Positions 1-13,850 of a stretch of DNA of 64,000 nucleotides are shown here, in pieces (position 1 is the first letter of the stretch; each line of letters begins with the position of its first letter). The notes under the pieces were generated by a model that saw only the letters and a list, made by a program, of their open reading frames with translations, ran no database searches and was not told the origin of the DNA. The translations under genes were made by a program, and so were the position numbers. This stretch comes from Raja brachyura (Eukaryota), in assembly GCA_963514005.1 (NCBI GenBank), contig OY740801.1:38440001-38504000 (forward strand), written 5' to 3'.

Positions 1-729
1 GGCAGAATCCAAAGTACCGTTGAACTGTCTTCTCACTTGCTGCTCGCAGCGCACAGTACATAAAGTAAAGTGCACTCCCCTCATATTGGAGATTTTTATA
101 TATACTCCACTATATTGCTTGTTTGATTCTAGTTTGCTTCTTTAAGAGGAAGGATGTAGATTAACCATATTAATTTCTGCCAATATAACCTTCATCAGAT
201 ATACTATATATGATACACATTCCGCCATGCTATGCAATCCAGTCCGGGACTTGAGTAAGGAATGCAGTTACTGATAACAACCCTGCTTGTCCCTAGCTCA
301 GCAGTCTGTAAGATGATACCAGTGCAGTGGTATGTATTATTCTCTCTGCATACGTTTTAATAAAAGCCTTGTGATTCACCTAATATTTTGTAATGGAGTG
401 ATTATAAAACACTGGTAATGTCCATGAATCGCAGACTTCAAGCAGTCATTGCATGCAAAGGATATGCAACAAAATACTAAACATGACTACTTTCATTTAC
501 ATGACATTGCTGTGTCCCCAAACATTATGGTGCCCTGAAATGGGGGGACCATGTATAAACACTGCTGTAATTTCTACATGGTGAAAAATGGCCTTTATTA
601 AAATCTGACAAAGTCCGCTTTAACCACAAGTAATTTTTTTCTATTACAAATCTCAAATTGTGGAGTACAGAGGCAAATAAATAAATGATGGGACTTTGTC
701 CCAAACATTATGTTGGGCTCTGTATAATC

Positions 730-1125
730 CCTGCCCCCCCCCCCCCTCATAATCTCTCCCCTGTGCCCACCTGGGTACACAACCTCTTTCCCTGTCACCT
801 TCTCTCATTCCATGTATCCTTCCTCCGGCTTCACATTTCATGTCTTTCTCCTTTTCTGCTGATTTATCTCTGGCCATTTTTATCTCTGGTATTTGTCCAT
901 CTGCCAATCAAACCCCTCGCCTGTATCCACCTATCACTTGCCAGGCTTTACCCTGCCACCGACTCACTTACAGCTTTCTCCCTCACCCCACTGCAGTCAG
1001 TCTGAAGAAAGGTCTCTACCCAAAACTTCGCCGATCCCTGTCCTCCAGAGATGCTGCTGACCCGCTGAGTTAATCCAGCACTTGATGGCTTTTTTTGTAA
1101 ATCAGCATCTACAGGCCGTTGTACC
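730..1125 (+). mobile_element. Penelope pseudo-LTR fragment with a decayed hammerhead motif
   Basis: Pyrimidine-rich body followed by AGTCTGAAGAAAGGTCTCTACCCAAAAC..AGATGCTGCTGACCCGCTGAGT. Confidence 0.7.
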
Positions 1126-2666
1126 TACTTACATTCTTCATTTAACAGGTGCTGCACGGGACAATCGTCATAGGACATGCTGACCAGCAAGCCAGCCCTG
1201 CACAAAATAATGTTATAAACTGGATTAGTGCACGATAAAGGAGGTTTGGTTTTTGAAGTCACTTGCAGTGCAGGGCTCTGCGGAGCACCGATGTACAGAG
1301 GGACCTTGGGGTGCATGTCCACAATCTCCTGAAAGTGGCAACTCAAGTGGAGTCATTGCTGTTTTGTTGTTTAGGATGTATTGGCAAGTTACTGTTTTAA
1401 GATGATGCTCATCTGCTCACTATTGTTTATTGGTGTTTATTTTTCAACATGCAAACTGACTCCTCAATGAATTATTAACATTAATTACACAACTGGGAGG
1501 CATTTGAAGGTTTTAAGGAGCCACTTGAACAAGGTTTTGTTTTTGTATTTGCTTTCAGTGTAGGACTCTGAGGAGCACTGATGTACAGGGGGATCTAGGT
1601 GTGCACATCCATAACTCCCTGTAAGAGGCACCTCAAGTGGACATGGTGATAACAGCAGAGTACAGCGTACTTTCCTTCATCAGTTGGGCCATTGAGTATA
1701 AAAGGGGGGCAGTCGTGTTGCAACTGCATAGAACCCTGATTGGGCCACATTTGAAGCTTTGTGCTGCAAAACAGGAAGGATGTGGAGACTTCACAGGGGG
1801 AACAGAAAAGGTCTACCTGAATTGGAGAGTATTTGCTGCAGACAAAAATTGGATGAACTTGAATTTTTTCTATTGAGCGTAGGCGGGTGAGGAACACGAT
1901 TAGTCATTTTCCCAGAATGGAAATGTGAAAAGGTAGTTTTAAGACGAGAAGAGGAAATTTATGAAGTGCTTTTATTTAAATGTAAAGGCAGTAAGTGGCC
2001 GGAACCTGGTCAGAGGAAGTAATGGAAGCAGATATGAAAGCAACTTGCAAGAAGCACTTACACAGAAACATAAACAGGCAGGGAATGGAGGTGAATGGAC
2101 CATATGCAGCCAGTTGAGATCAATTTAGAAAATTAAATCATAGTTCAAAAAATGTACATGTAATAGCACAACCAAGGAATCAGTGACATGGGCAAGAAAC
2201 AATGGATTTCAGGAAAAGAGAGAGGTCCAATTTGTAACAGACCTTTTGAAGAGCCAACTATGCTGTACGCAAGACAGCAAATTGTAGACAATATTAATGT
2301 TGGGCGTGTGACCCAAAAAGATGTCTTAAAAAAAGCAAAAACTGAAGTAAAAGTGTGCCAAGTACCCGACCAAATATGCCTGCTATAAAATTCTTCTTTA
2401 GAAGCGAGTTCATTATTCCGAAAAACAGAAGGAATCATGGGATTTGTCAAAGGTCATTTGTGATAAAGAAAAAGCGAATGAAGCGCTGGCTGTATAAACT
2501 GTATAAATTGTTAAATGTTCTACCAATTAATTAATCTAGAATTCTGTCAACTCAATACCGGATAGGTGTTGCTCTTTTATGAACATTAATCCGATCTTAT
2601 TTCTATTTCACTTCACAAACCTACCCTCTGGAATTCCGCAGAATCTCTCCCGGCAGCGTTGGAGGA

Positions 2667-2669
<3 letters not shown>

Positions 2670-2711
<42 letters not shown>

Positions 2712-2719
2712 TATCTCTC
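2670..2719. repeat. (CT)n/(CTAT) microsatellite
   Basis: Directly visible. Confidence 0.95.
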
Positions 2720-3364
2720 CGAGGGGGTTAACCGACAGCCACTGGATGAAGTGAGAGGTGCAGCTGACAGTCCTGGCCCCGTCGGGCAACAGGTTCCTTG
2801 GAGCAGAGTTGAGCTGGAGTTAGCGCTTCATCTCCTCGCTACCTGGAAGCCTGTGCCGCCACGACTCGGAGCTGGTGTCCAGTCACCCCGGACATCTCCG
2901 GCCGCCCCCGAACAGGGATGGGACACTCAGGAGGGACGGGGACGGTAGTGAGACTCCGCTCACAAATCTGCCTTGATAACTTCCCCACCACCCACTGTCT
3001 TATTAAATCTTTCCCGTCTCACCTAAGTCCCCTAGTCCTTTTTGGTCCCAGACAATTTTCCTTCCTCCCTTCAACCCCACATGTTCCCGTGTCACCCTCC
3101 TTGCATCCTCCGATGACTTACCTTTACTTTAGTTAGATTAATTTGGTTTCGGGACACAGCACGGAAACAGGCCCTTCGGCCCACCAAGTCCATGACAATC
3201 ACCCGTTCGCACTTGTTCTACATTATCCTACTCCAGTAACAATTCAACAGAGCTTACAGCGCCAGAGACCCGGGTTCGATCCTGACTATGGATGAAACAC
3301 AGGTCTGTATACACGCAGCAGCTCAGCTGCCGAGAATATTTATCCCGAGTGACCTATGACCTGG

Positions 3365-4967
3365 CAGGGCCGGATTTAGATGAAGAGAGGCCCTAAGCTA
3401 TTTCACTTGTGAGCCCCCCCCCCCACGACTAGAGGACCATGACTACCCGACAGTGACAGTGTGACACTTTTAGATCCTATTGTATGTTGTCATTAAACAG
3501 TTGGTTTTAAAATACATATTGGATTCACCGAGGAGCAGGCGATACTTTACCTGGATCGCCGTTTGAAGCTCTGGAACGTTGGGCCTGCTGCTTCAACATC
3601 ATGGAGCTGTGGTTTGCGGAGCTCCCAGCCTCAGACTGCGCTGATTTCAACATCGCGGAGCCCTGGGATCCCTTTGCCGAGGGCCGCCAGTGTGAATCTC
3701 CATCCAGCTCAGCCTGTCGACTCCCGTTCTCCCGTTCCGACGTCGGATGGTGACCCCCAAAATTTAATTGTACCAATGGCCATGAGGGGGGGTGGGGATC
3801 CAAGAGGAGGGAGTCCATTGGGGCCTGGACAAGGGATCATCAATGGGGGCGAGGATTCCTTCCCATGGAAGAACGGTGTGAGGCAGAGGCTACGGAAGAA
3901 GAGCTCCAAATCGCGGCGGGCGCAGGACTCATTGAGGTGGGGACGGAGGGGGACAAAGGTGAGGCCAGGGCCAGCCTTAAGCCGATTGCTCCCAATTGGG
4001 CCCCACGAATAAGGGGGCCCCGCGCCAGTGTAATCTACTCTCGGCTCGGGTAGATGGACCCCGGGTGGAGGGGGGAGAGAGGGGCGGAGAGAAAGTAGGG
4101 GGGTGGAGGGGGAATGGAGAAGGGGGAGAGGGGGAGGTGGGTCAGTCCCGGGGCAGCGCTCCCGCCCATCCAGTCGCCGTGCTTCACGCACACAGCCCCG
4201 CTCCACCCCTCTCTCTCCCCGGGGAGACGAGGTGAACAATACACGGAGGGCCGGGCCGGGGGTTGGAGCAACGTTTACAAACCTCGGCCTCAGCTCACAC
4301 CTGTCCGCCCGGACCCCGGCATCCGCTCCTGCCGCTGGCCCTCTCCCTCCCTTCTCTCCTTCCCTTCGTCCCTTCTCAACTTCCCTCCCTCCTTCCTCTC
4401 TTTTCCCTTCTCTCATTCGCTTCATCCCTTCTTTCTCTCCTTCCCTCCCTCCCACACACACATTACGCACTGACAACTAACACACAGTTAGGATGGGGTA
4501 GAAGCCAAAAGGGTAGGATGGGGCTGAAGCCCAAAATTTAATACCCGGACTGTTTTTTCACCAATGGTTATTGGTTTTCCAGGATCTATTTATTAAATTA
4601 CTTTGGGTGGGGAAGAGCTGGGATCACATGGTTTGAGGGTAATGGGGAAGACCCAGTGGAATAGCCATTGAGATTACCAGGGTTGGCTGACTAGCACTAG
4701 GACCCAGCGCTGTCAAACCCGGGGGAGTGGGAGTGCAGCGTGGAAGCTTCAGGCCCGGTGCTGAACAGGCTGCAGGTAAGGCGAAGGCTGCTGGCGGGCG
4801 GTGGAGTGGCCAGGGTCAGTGGCAAAGAGTAGGAGGTCCCGGTGGGCGGATGATCGGTGGGGCGGCGAGGTTGGACGGGTCCGGTGAGGCAGCGAGGTGA
4901 GTAGGCCCCCCTAGATCTCGAGGTCCTAAGCTTAAGCTTGTCTAGCTTATACGTAAATCCGGCCCTG
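3365..4967. mobile_element. Non-autonomous hAT element (Tip100-like TIR)
   Basis: TIRs CAGGGCCGGATTTA / TAAATCCGGCCCTG with an 8-bp TSD TGACCTGG / CGACCTGG. Confidence 0.88.
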
Positions 4968-6068
4968 CGACCTGGGCATGCGCAGTTGAAATATCGAACT
5001 CGCGTATTAACTTTAACTCATTTAGTGTAGGGATAATATAAATTTAGCTTGAAAGGGGATTGAGGCTTGATATAAAATGAAGATTATAACAAATATGGTT
5101 GCAACTTACTAAATTGAACGAATAGGCCATTCGACCCAGGTGCCTGCTGCACCATTGCACAAGATTATGCCTAAAATCATTCCCAGCTACAATCATCAAG
5201 ACATAAATTCTGACCAACTCTTGTTGGAGCCCCACAATCAGCTACCTTTCCACGGGAAAGTCATAGAGTTGGGAAACAAACTCATTGGCCCAACTCATCC
5301 ATGCCAATCATTATGTTGGTTGTCGACAAACGGAGAGAGTATGAGGTGCTGTTTAGGAAGGAACTGCAGATGTTAATTTACACCAGACACAAAATGCGGG
5401 AGTAACTCAGCGGGACAGGCAGCATCTTTGGAGAGAAGGAATGGGTGACGTTTCGGGTCGAGACCCTTCTTTAGTCTGAATGCACTCCTCGCAGTAACCG
5501 AGGACTTGGGAATGCTGCCTCAGTCGGCTTTGGACAAAGACTGTCCATGTAGCCAATGAAGAGGCAGGCATAGCCAGGTCCATGGCTGCACCTTTACCAA
5601 TGAGTGCAAGAGACAAGAAGTCATGTTCCAGCTGCATAAAAGTTTTGCTAGGCAATGTTGAGTATTGTGCAGTTCTGGTTGCCCCATTACAGGAAGGATG
5701 TGGAGGCTATGGAGATGGTATTAGCTATCAGAGGTTGGACAAACTTGGATTGTTTCTCTGAAGAATTGGAGGCTGAAGGATGAACTAATACAAGTTCATA
5801 AAATGAGAGGTACAGACAGGGCAGACAGTCAGAATATTTTCCCCAGGGTAAGTCGAAATACGAGAAGGCATAATTTTACAGTCAGAGGGCAAACGTTTAA
5901 AGGAGATGTGCAAGCCTTGGTATTTTTTCCCCATTGAGAGAAATGTAGGTGCCTGGAATATGCTGCAAGGGGTGGTACTGGAATCAGAGACAATTTTAAG
6001 TGGCTTGTAAATAGGCATGCAAATATACAGGGAATGGACAGATATATGGACAACATACAGGCAGAAGA

Positions 6069-6415
6069 AGATAGGCGACGTTTCGGGTCGAGACCCTTCT
6101 TCCTTTTTCGTAGGGAGGAGGAGAACTTCTTCAAAGTAGGCATACCTTGAGGAGATATCGCAGTGGAGTAGACAAAGTGTTAAAGAAGGAACTGCAGATG
6201 CTGGAGAATCGAGGGTTACACAAAAAGCTGGAGAAACTCAGCGGGTGCAGCAGCATCTAAGGAGTGAAGGAGATAGGCGACGTTTCGGGAAGAAGGGTCT
6301 CGACCCGAAACGTCGCCTATCTCCTTCACTCCTTAGATGCTGCTGCACCCGCTGAGTTTCTCCAGCTTTTTGTGTAACCCTCGATTCTCCAGCATCTGCA
6401 GTTCCTTCTTTAACA
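6069..6415. mobile_element. Young Penelope-derived fold-back element
   Basis: Perfect 112-bp inverted arms 6178-6289 and 6304-6415. Flanking duplication AACATACAGGCAGAAGA at 6052-6068 and 6412-6428. Confidence 0.9.
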
Positions 6416-7106
6416 TACAGGCAGAAGAGGTTGGTTTACTTTGGCATCATGTTCAACACATACATAATTGAACAAAGGGTCTATTTCAGTGTAAAAAAGT
6501 GCTGGCAGGTCAGGCAGCATCTGAGGAGGGTAATGGACAGATGATGTTTCTGGTCTGAACCATTCTTCAGAATGATTGAGTTGGGGGGAGGTAGAGAAAG
6601 CTGGACGGATGAGTGAACCAAGGAGTTGCAGAGAGAATGGTCTCTGCAGTAAGTGTAGTGTGTGGTGAGGATGGTGCCTGTTCCTGTGCTGTACTTAATT
6701 TGTAGTAGGAGGAATCAAGGGAAATTGTTAAGAGCAAGAACAAGTGCCACCAGGCTGAGTAGATTTGTCATTGCAGAAAAATCTAGCAATATCGATACAA
6801 CATTCCAGAAAAACACCCATTCACTTAATCCATCTATTCCCTAGATATATCTACATTCATTTATATAACCTCGGATGACATTGCCAGAGGAAAAATGTCT
6901 GAATATTTCATGTAAATCACGGAGAGCAGCAGGTAGGAGAGTAGTATCTCTTCTCCCTAGAGAGCTGGGAGAGCGATAGCAACCAGAGACAAATACTTCA
7001 CTAAAATGTAATGGCACATAATTTTATTTCAGGGAAGGTTAGGTTTATTGTCAAAAGCACTTACAACTTATTTTATTGCAGCCAAGCAATTAAAAAAAAG
7101 TTATTT

Positions 7107-7380
7107 TGGTTTGAGAGATTTTGTAGAAGCAGGCCCTTCTGCCTACCGATTCCACGCCGACCAACAACCACTCATATACTAGCTCGATCCTACACATTAA
7201 ATACAATTACAGAAGCCAATTAACCGACAAACCTGCACATCTTTGGAATGTGGGAGGAAACCAGAACACCCGGAGAAAACCCATGCAGTTACAGGAAGAA
7301 CGTGCAAACTCTGAACCATCAGCATCTGTAGTCAGGATCGAAGTCTGGTCTCCAGCAATGTTCTACTGCTGTGCCACTGT
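7107..7380 (-). mobile_element. tRNA-derived SINE (HE1/V-SINE-like), diverged
   Basis: GGGAGGAAACCAGAACACCCGGAGAAAACCCATGCAG core. Confidence 0.7.
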
Positions 7381-9042
7381 GTAAACCCTATCACAGGTAG
7401 CTTATACACTTATGAAAAAGCTACTTGTTTTCACCTTTCTTCTCCCCCCTCCCCACCCCAAGGGTAGGTTGGTGAATAGTTATCCATCTGTAACCAATGC
7501 CTCCATAACACTTCTCCCATTATGCTTCTACCAAATGACACGACTCACCCCTTTTAGGGAGTTGGGGATCCCAGGAACTTGTGACAAGCCAACATTTGGG
7601 GCAGCTGGTATGGCCAGAAATAGACCTCAGACTTATAGGGACAGGTGCTCAAAGGCCAGACAGACCCATCCCATGGACTGAATCAGGCAAAGAGTTTAAA
7701 ATGGTAAAACAAGCAAACCAAAAATGAGCAGTATGATTTGCAAGGTCAATGATAGGTTGAAATGTCTCATTCCTGGATATAACTTAAAAATACATTGCTA
7801 TTTTGTTGCATATGTTGATCACCACCTTAGTGACTCCATCATGGCAATAATCCAAATAGACCCATCTTTTTGCTGATCTTCCCAATAATCACACTCTTAC
7901 TAACCTAACATCCAAGAATAGCCCATAAATGTTGACTTGAGGCCAACACCTTTCCATTAATTTTATGGTGAATTTTATTGATCCTCTGGGTAGTTAAAAT
8001 ACTTTTGTCCTGACCAACAAAATTTACTCCAAAAAAATACACAGTGCTCAAGTAACTCAGCGAGTCTGGAAGCATCTCCAAAGAACATGAATATGTGAGG
8101 TTTTGGGTCAGGGAAGGGGTGGTGGAGAACTGGGGACAGGACAAAGCCTGGCAAGTAATAGGTGGATTTACACAGGGGTAGGGGGTTGATTGGCAGATGG
8201 CTGGACCATCAGAGATGAAAAAATACAGAGACATGGATGGAGGGGTGTGAATTATGAAGCCAGGGAAAGATAGGGGAAAAGAGGACAGGGTGAGGGGGAA
8301 GGGGAGAAATGGGCATGCAACCCAGTTGGGCACAGGGAAGACTCCAAACTCGATGTATTTGTTCCAACTGCCATGCTTTCCTCTCAAGTCCCCTACATCA
8401 AAGACCCATATTACACAAAGCATTCGTCACCTTCCCTTTCAACTCAGCCCATTTCCTACAGAAACCCAATTTCTACAACCATCGTCCCTGTTTGACTATT
8501 GTAGAGTTTGCCCAACAGGGAAAACAGCAAGGATAAAAAGGCTATTTGTTTTTGGCAGGGAGGAAACATCTGAATAATGTTTTCTAATTCACATTGAAAA
8601 GCAAAGCTTTCCATCCCTCTAGCTAACATCTTGGTACATTTCTTATTTCCTATTAGTTTGGTGAATTGTGTGGGCACAGAAGCTTGGAAAAGTCTTTCTT
8701 GACAACATTACCTCACTGGTCACTACTGCAGATCAGCAAACCAAAATCAGATGGCATTAATATTACTGTAATGATGGAAGCATCGAGTGACATTCTGTTC
8801 ATAATTTTGCAGCTAATACCTCTGGAAGTTATGATCACAGAAATTCTCAGCTCCACTGGTATTAGTAATGCTGGGAAACTGGTTAGTATATTAATGTTGT
8901 TCCCACAGTATCAAACACTACAGAGATTTGTGGTATAATACTGGAAGATCAATGTTAAGTACCACCAAGTCCCTGAAAAAAGGTATTTGTAAAGAGAGGT
9001 AAAACATCCATGCAAAACAAACATTGTACATACAAGATCAAC

Positions 9043-9048
9043 TTTATT
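9043..9048 (-). terminator. Candidate polyadenylation signal (AATAAA) of the SUMO gene
   Basis: AATAAA about 230 nt after the stop codon, followed by TG/T-rich sequence on the minus strand. Confidence 0.5.
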
Positions 9049-9274
9049 GGGATTAATCCAAAATACAAAGAAAACAAAAACTGTTTCCAGAAAGTAAAAC
9101 AATGCAAAAAAAAAGCAAATATATTGCAAAGATGGCACACAGCTTTTTAAACAACCCCTTCCTCCAACACCTTAACATCCCAAATATTGCAGATTGTTCA
9201 GAATAGAGTAAAATACAGCCCGTTGAAAGAACATGTACATTGTGTGGAACATTATTTACATTAAATTACTGAGG

Positions 9275-9337
9275 TTAGCAGATTCCTCCCGTCTGCTGTT
9301 GGAATACGTCAATGGTGTCTTCATCTTCCATTTCCAA
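9275..9337 (-). CDS. SUMO3: SUMO2/3-like gene, last coding exon (LEMEDEDTIDVFQQQTGGIC*)
   Basis: Polypyrimidine acceptor ...ttggcag|, di-glycine motif QQQTGG, TAA stop. Confidence 0.96.
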   Translation of the reverse strand: MEMEDEDTIDVFQQQTGGIC

Positions 9338-11759
9338 CTGCCAAGAAAAAAAAAATTACCATCCATTTAGAAAAATAAAGAACAATATTTCACATCAACG
9401 TCTACCAATCTCACCCCCTCAACACCCAACTCCTGTCAAAACATTCATGGGTGACAATCATGTATGCTGGATGCTCCCAAACCCAATTTAAAGTGCTTCC
9501 TTCATATTTATAGCAATTAGGTGAATTACCCAAATAGGCGGAGGCAACACCATTGGTTCTTTGAGAGTCTCATTAGTGATTCTTCCTCATAGAGGTCCAC
9601 CACTGAATTAACCGGCAACTGGTGGTCTGGCACTTCCTTTAACCCGGACTAAAGTATGAGAGCGCATTTGAAAACTCCCCTGGAAGTCCCTCAGAAAATG
9701 TGGCACCTAGGCCGGGTGAGGCGGCCAATCTCAACCTCGTCATGACTTTCGTATCAATCAGGGGGTCAAATTTGCCCCCTCTAGAACTCCGGCCCAGCTG
9801 GAACCAGCAGATCTGTTCCCTTAGCCGATTTTGCGGGCTAACAACTCAGTTTCTCGGCGGATCGTTCCGGCACCGTTGGGTTCCACTCAGAGGCCATTAC
9901 CTCTGTTGGTCCAGCAAAATGGAAAATCCAGTAAGGCTCTGGAACCATGGGTGCCAAAAAAAAAAAAATCAACTGTGGAACGGTATCTAGTTAAAAATTC
10001 ACACATTTCTTCTATGAAAGAGCTGTGTTAGGATTTCTTCAATAGTCCATAAAGATGCTCAGCCGTTATAAAATGAGGGCAGACTCCAGGTTCATGAACT
10101 GTCTGAAGTGCAGTGCAGCTGATCATATCAAGATAAAACATTCATCTTAACACAAAAGTTTCAATTACAACATTCAGTGTCCATATATTTCCCCCTAAGT
10201 ACAACACTATTCCTGCAATCAGTGTCCCCAAAAACCTGCAGTAAGCAGTCAATGTAGATTTTGCTAATAATTTTGTTGCAAATTTAAATAAGGTGACTAA
10301 ACTTGAAAACAACTCTAAAAAGCTGAAAAACTCAGAAACCAGAAACTGAACGAACAAAATAACCCTTTTGGAGTTGATCTTTCCTCACCTCTCCTTAACC
10401 TTTTTGGGCGTTTTCAAAGTAACATAGTGACAAGAGTAAAGAGGAAGAGAGACCTGTTTCTCCATTTCTTTCATTTATCATAACTCAGAATATGTCAATG
10501 AAGGGAAGCATGGAAATGTACACAGCAAGCTCCATCAAGGGCTCCAAAGAAAATCATTAATTGATATTTTGCCTTATCTACTTCCAAATACAGATTCGCC
10601 AAACAGCTATTATTTGGATTTCCAGGACAGCAATCCTCATTTCCAATTTGTCCGTTAATCATAACATTGATTTCTATAACTGAGCCAATTACAGTTCTAT
10701 CCTTTCTGTAGAATAATGTTCCTGATCTGTGACGGGTGTACTAGACTTTACAGTAATAATTATTGCAGCAACTATTGGAATGGATTTACTCACATTTAGA
10801 AGCAATAAGCTAATAAGGGACATCCAGTATCGCTTTTTTCTGGGGCATGGGGCATTTCACGACCTGCAAACTTGATTAAGTTTTGTAAGTTTGCAGATCA
10901 CAAAAAATGGTGGAATTGCAGACATGAAGAAAGTTTGTCAAAAGATACAGCAGGATATAGACCAGTTTCAGATTTGTTTTTGGGGGGGTGAATAGCATTT
11001 GGAGTATTGTATACAGTACTGGCTACTCCATTACAAGGTGGATGTGGAGACTTTGGACAATGTGCAGAAGAGGTTTACCAAGATGCTACCTGGATTAAAG
11101 TGTATTAGCTCCGAGATTGGATAAACAGATTGTCTCTGGAGAGTCTGAGACTGAGAAGAAATCTGATAGAAGTTCATAAAATTACGCGAGGCAGATTGGG
11201 TAGACAGCCAGAATCTGTTTACCCCCACCCCATTCCTCAGGGCAGAAATATCAAATACTACTGCATAGCTGTAAGGGGAGAGAGACGGGGTTTAATGAAG
11301 ATTTTGTTTCTACATCAAGTGGTAGTTGTCTAGAACATGCTGGCAGTGGTAGTAATGGAAGAAGATACTATAGAGGCTTTTAGACAGGCACATGGATATT
11401 CAGGTAAAGATTTGAAGCGCGTGCAGGCATAAACATGGCATTATGTTTGGCACAGACAATATGGTCTTAGGGCCTTTTTCTTGGCTGCACAGTTCTGTGT
11501 TCTAATTAGATTGCAGGAAAGTAGTAAGCAACCTAGAAGACAAGCATTTTCTGGACCACGGCCAATACTGAGTCTGAAGAAGGGTCTCGACCCAAAACGG
11601 CACACATTCCTTCTCTCCAGAGATGTTGCTTGTCCCGCTGAGTTACTCTAGCATTTTGTGTCTACCTTCAATTTTAAACCAGCATCTACAGTTCTTTCCT
11701 ACACACTGCAACTAGAAAATGGAATTCCGCATCGGCAAATGCAGCATATGTATCATGTG

Positions 11760-13850
11760 GATACAAGGAACTGCAGATGCCCGTTTACAAAAAAGTGGCA
11801 GAGTAATTCAGCAACTCACGCAGCATCTCTAGAGAGTATGGAGAAATGAAGTATCAGGTCCGGACACTTCTTCAGAAGGATTGTAGACAGAAGGGAAGGG
11901 GGAGAGAAGAAGGAAAATAAAGCTGGAAGAGAGGAAGTACAGGGCAAGGCCTGATAGGAAATAGGATGATGCAGGTGAGGTGGGGGGAGGAGTTGGGGTT
12001 TGATAGGCAGATGGTGGAAAAGGCCAGAGATGAAAAGAGGTGTGAGGCAAAAGGGCTGAAGATTTGTGAATTGTGAAGCTAGAGGAAGGAATGTAGATGG
12101 AAGGGGAGGAGGAGGGGGGAATTGGTTGCGGATCCAGGTGGGGCACAGTGGTGAGGGATTTAGTGGGAAGGGGAGGGAGGGTTTTGTAGTTATCAAAATA
12201 TTGAGAATTCAATGTTCATACCATTGCGCTGTAAGCTACCCAAGCAGAATAGGAGGTATTGTTCCTTCAGTTTGCATACAACCCCACTCTGCAATGGAGG
12301 CGGCCCAGGACAGAAAGGTCAGAAAGGGAATGGGAAGAGGAGTTAAAGTAGTTAGCAACTGGGAGATCCGGTAGGTCTTGACTGGTAATGGGATCACACT
12401 TGGGGTGACGGAAATGTTAGAGGGTGATGTGTTGGATGCAGAGGCTAGTGGGCTGAAAGATGTGGATCTAGCCTTGCTCCATCAGGGAGGGACGGGGAGT
12501 GAGAGCAGAATTACGAGACACTGAGGAGACATGGGTTAGGAATCCATCTAGGAAGGCAGTGTGGAAAATCACATATACTAAAGAATGAGAACATCTTGGA
12601 AAGCCTCATCTTGGGAGCAGATGCAAATAAGGCAGACAAATTGAGAGTAGGGGATAGAGTCTTTGCAAGAGATAGGGTGGGAGAAGGTGTAGTCCAGATA
12701 ATTATGGGAGTCGGTAGATTTGTAGTAGTCATCAGTCAACAGTCCGTCCCCTGTGATGGAGACAGAGCAATCAAGAAAGGGGAGAAAGGCTTCAGAGATA
12801 ATCCAAGTGAAGAGGGCAGGGTGGAAGTTAGTGGTAAAGTTAATGAAATGAACAAGTTCTGCAAGTGCAGTCATCGATGTAGCAGAGTCGGCCAATGGTG
12901 TCAGTGTTTGGAACAAAGGAAATTAAGAGGAGTCAAAGGAGACGTTATTGAGGCAGAGGACTAATTCCACCAGGCAGAGGAGTGCGTTAGTCGAGGGAAG
13001 TTAATTGGGTCTTTATTCTAGGAAGAATCTGCATGGCCTCGAGACCTTAATAGGAGGTGGAGGTGTAAAAGGACCGTATATTCATGGTAAAGATGAGACG
13101 ATGTTGAACTGGAAAGTGAAAGTTATTGAAGAGTTGAAAGTCGTACGAGGTGTCTCGAATGTAGGTTGGAGGAGACTGGACAAGGGGGAGTGGGGGTTGG
13201 ATGAAATCAAGGTATTTGGACACACGTTCTGTGTGGCAGGAGCTGGCAGAAACAATGGGTTGGCCAGGAAAGTTCTGTTTGCGGATTTTGGGAACGAGAT
13301 AGAAGCGGACAGGGCAGGGTAACAATAAGGTTGGAGGATGTAGAGGGGAGATGGCCAGAGGTGATCAGATCCGAAACAGTCTGGGAGATGACGGCCTGAT
13401 GATCATCTGTGGGGTCATGGTCAAAAGGTAGGTATAAGGAGGTGTCCGACAGCTGGCGCCTTGCCTCAGCACGGTAGAGGTCAGCCTGTCATACGACAAT
13501 GGCACCTCCCTTATCGGTGAGTTTAATAACGATGTTGGGATTGTTGCTGAGTGAGCGGAGGGCTGTGGGTTTAGAGGGGGTGAGATTGGGGTGGGCGAGG
13601 AGAGTGGAGAAATTCAGATAGTTGTAAATGAAAGGATCCAGACTGGGTAGCAGGCCAGCAGCGATTGTCCATGAGGAGGAGGAATGTTGGAGAAAAGAAG
13701 GGGATGTCACTGGGAGGCAAGGACTCCTTACCAGAGAAATGGCCTGGAAGTGGAGGTGATTTTAGAGAAGAGTTCAACATCATGGCTTGGAATGTGAGGG
13801 GGGAAGGATAAAGGTTGGAATAGGGAGGGGGGAGAGGGAGGGGCTGCAGG
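11760..13850 (-). mobile_element. Penelope-like element (degenerate RT and GIY-YIG end, with pseudo-LTR)
   Basis: IVIKLTDKGGAIVV, FYLVPKIRK..PGQPIVS, YIRDT, YIDD, FLD..YYKSTDSH.YLDY..SHP and a terminal GMNIEFS, followed by a pLTR with a hammerhead-like motif. Confidence 0.9.

Noticed and set aside
3250-3290. tRNA gene (GGTTCGATCC B-box)
   Set aside because: It is the head fragment of a tRNA-derived SINE, with no complete cloverleaf.
3525-4541. Cluster of long overlapping ORFs
   Set aside because: GC-rich, low-complexity interior of a non-autonomous hAT element with no recognisable domain.
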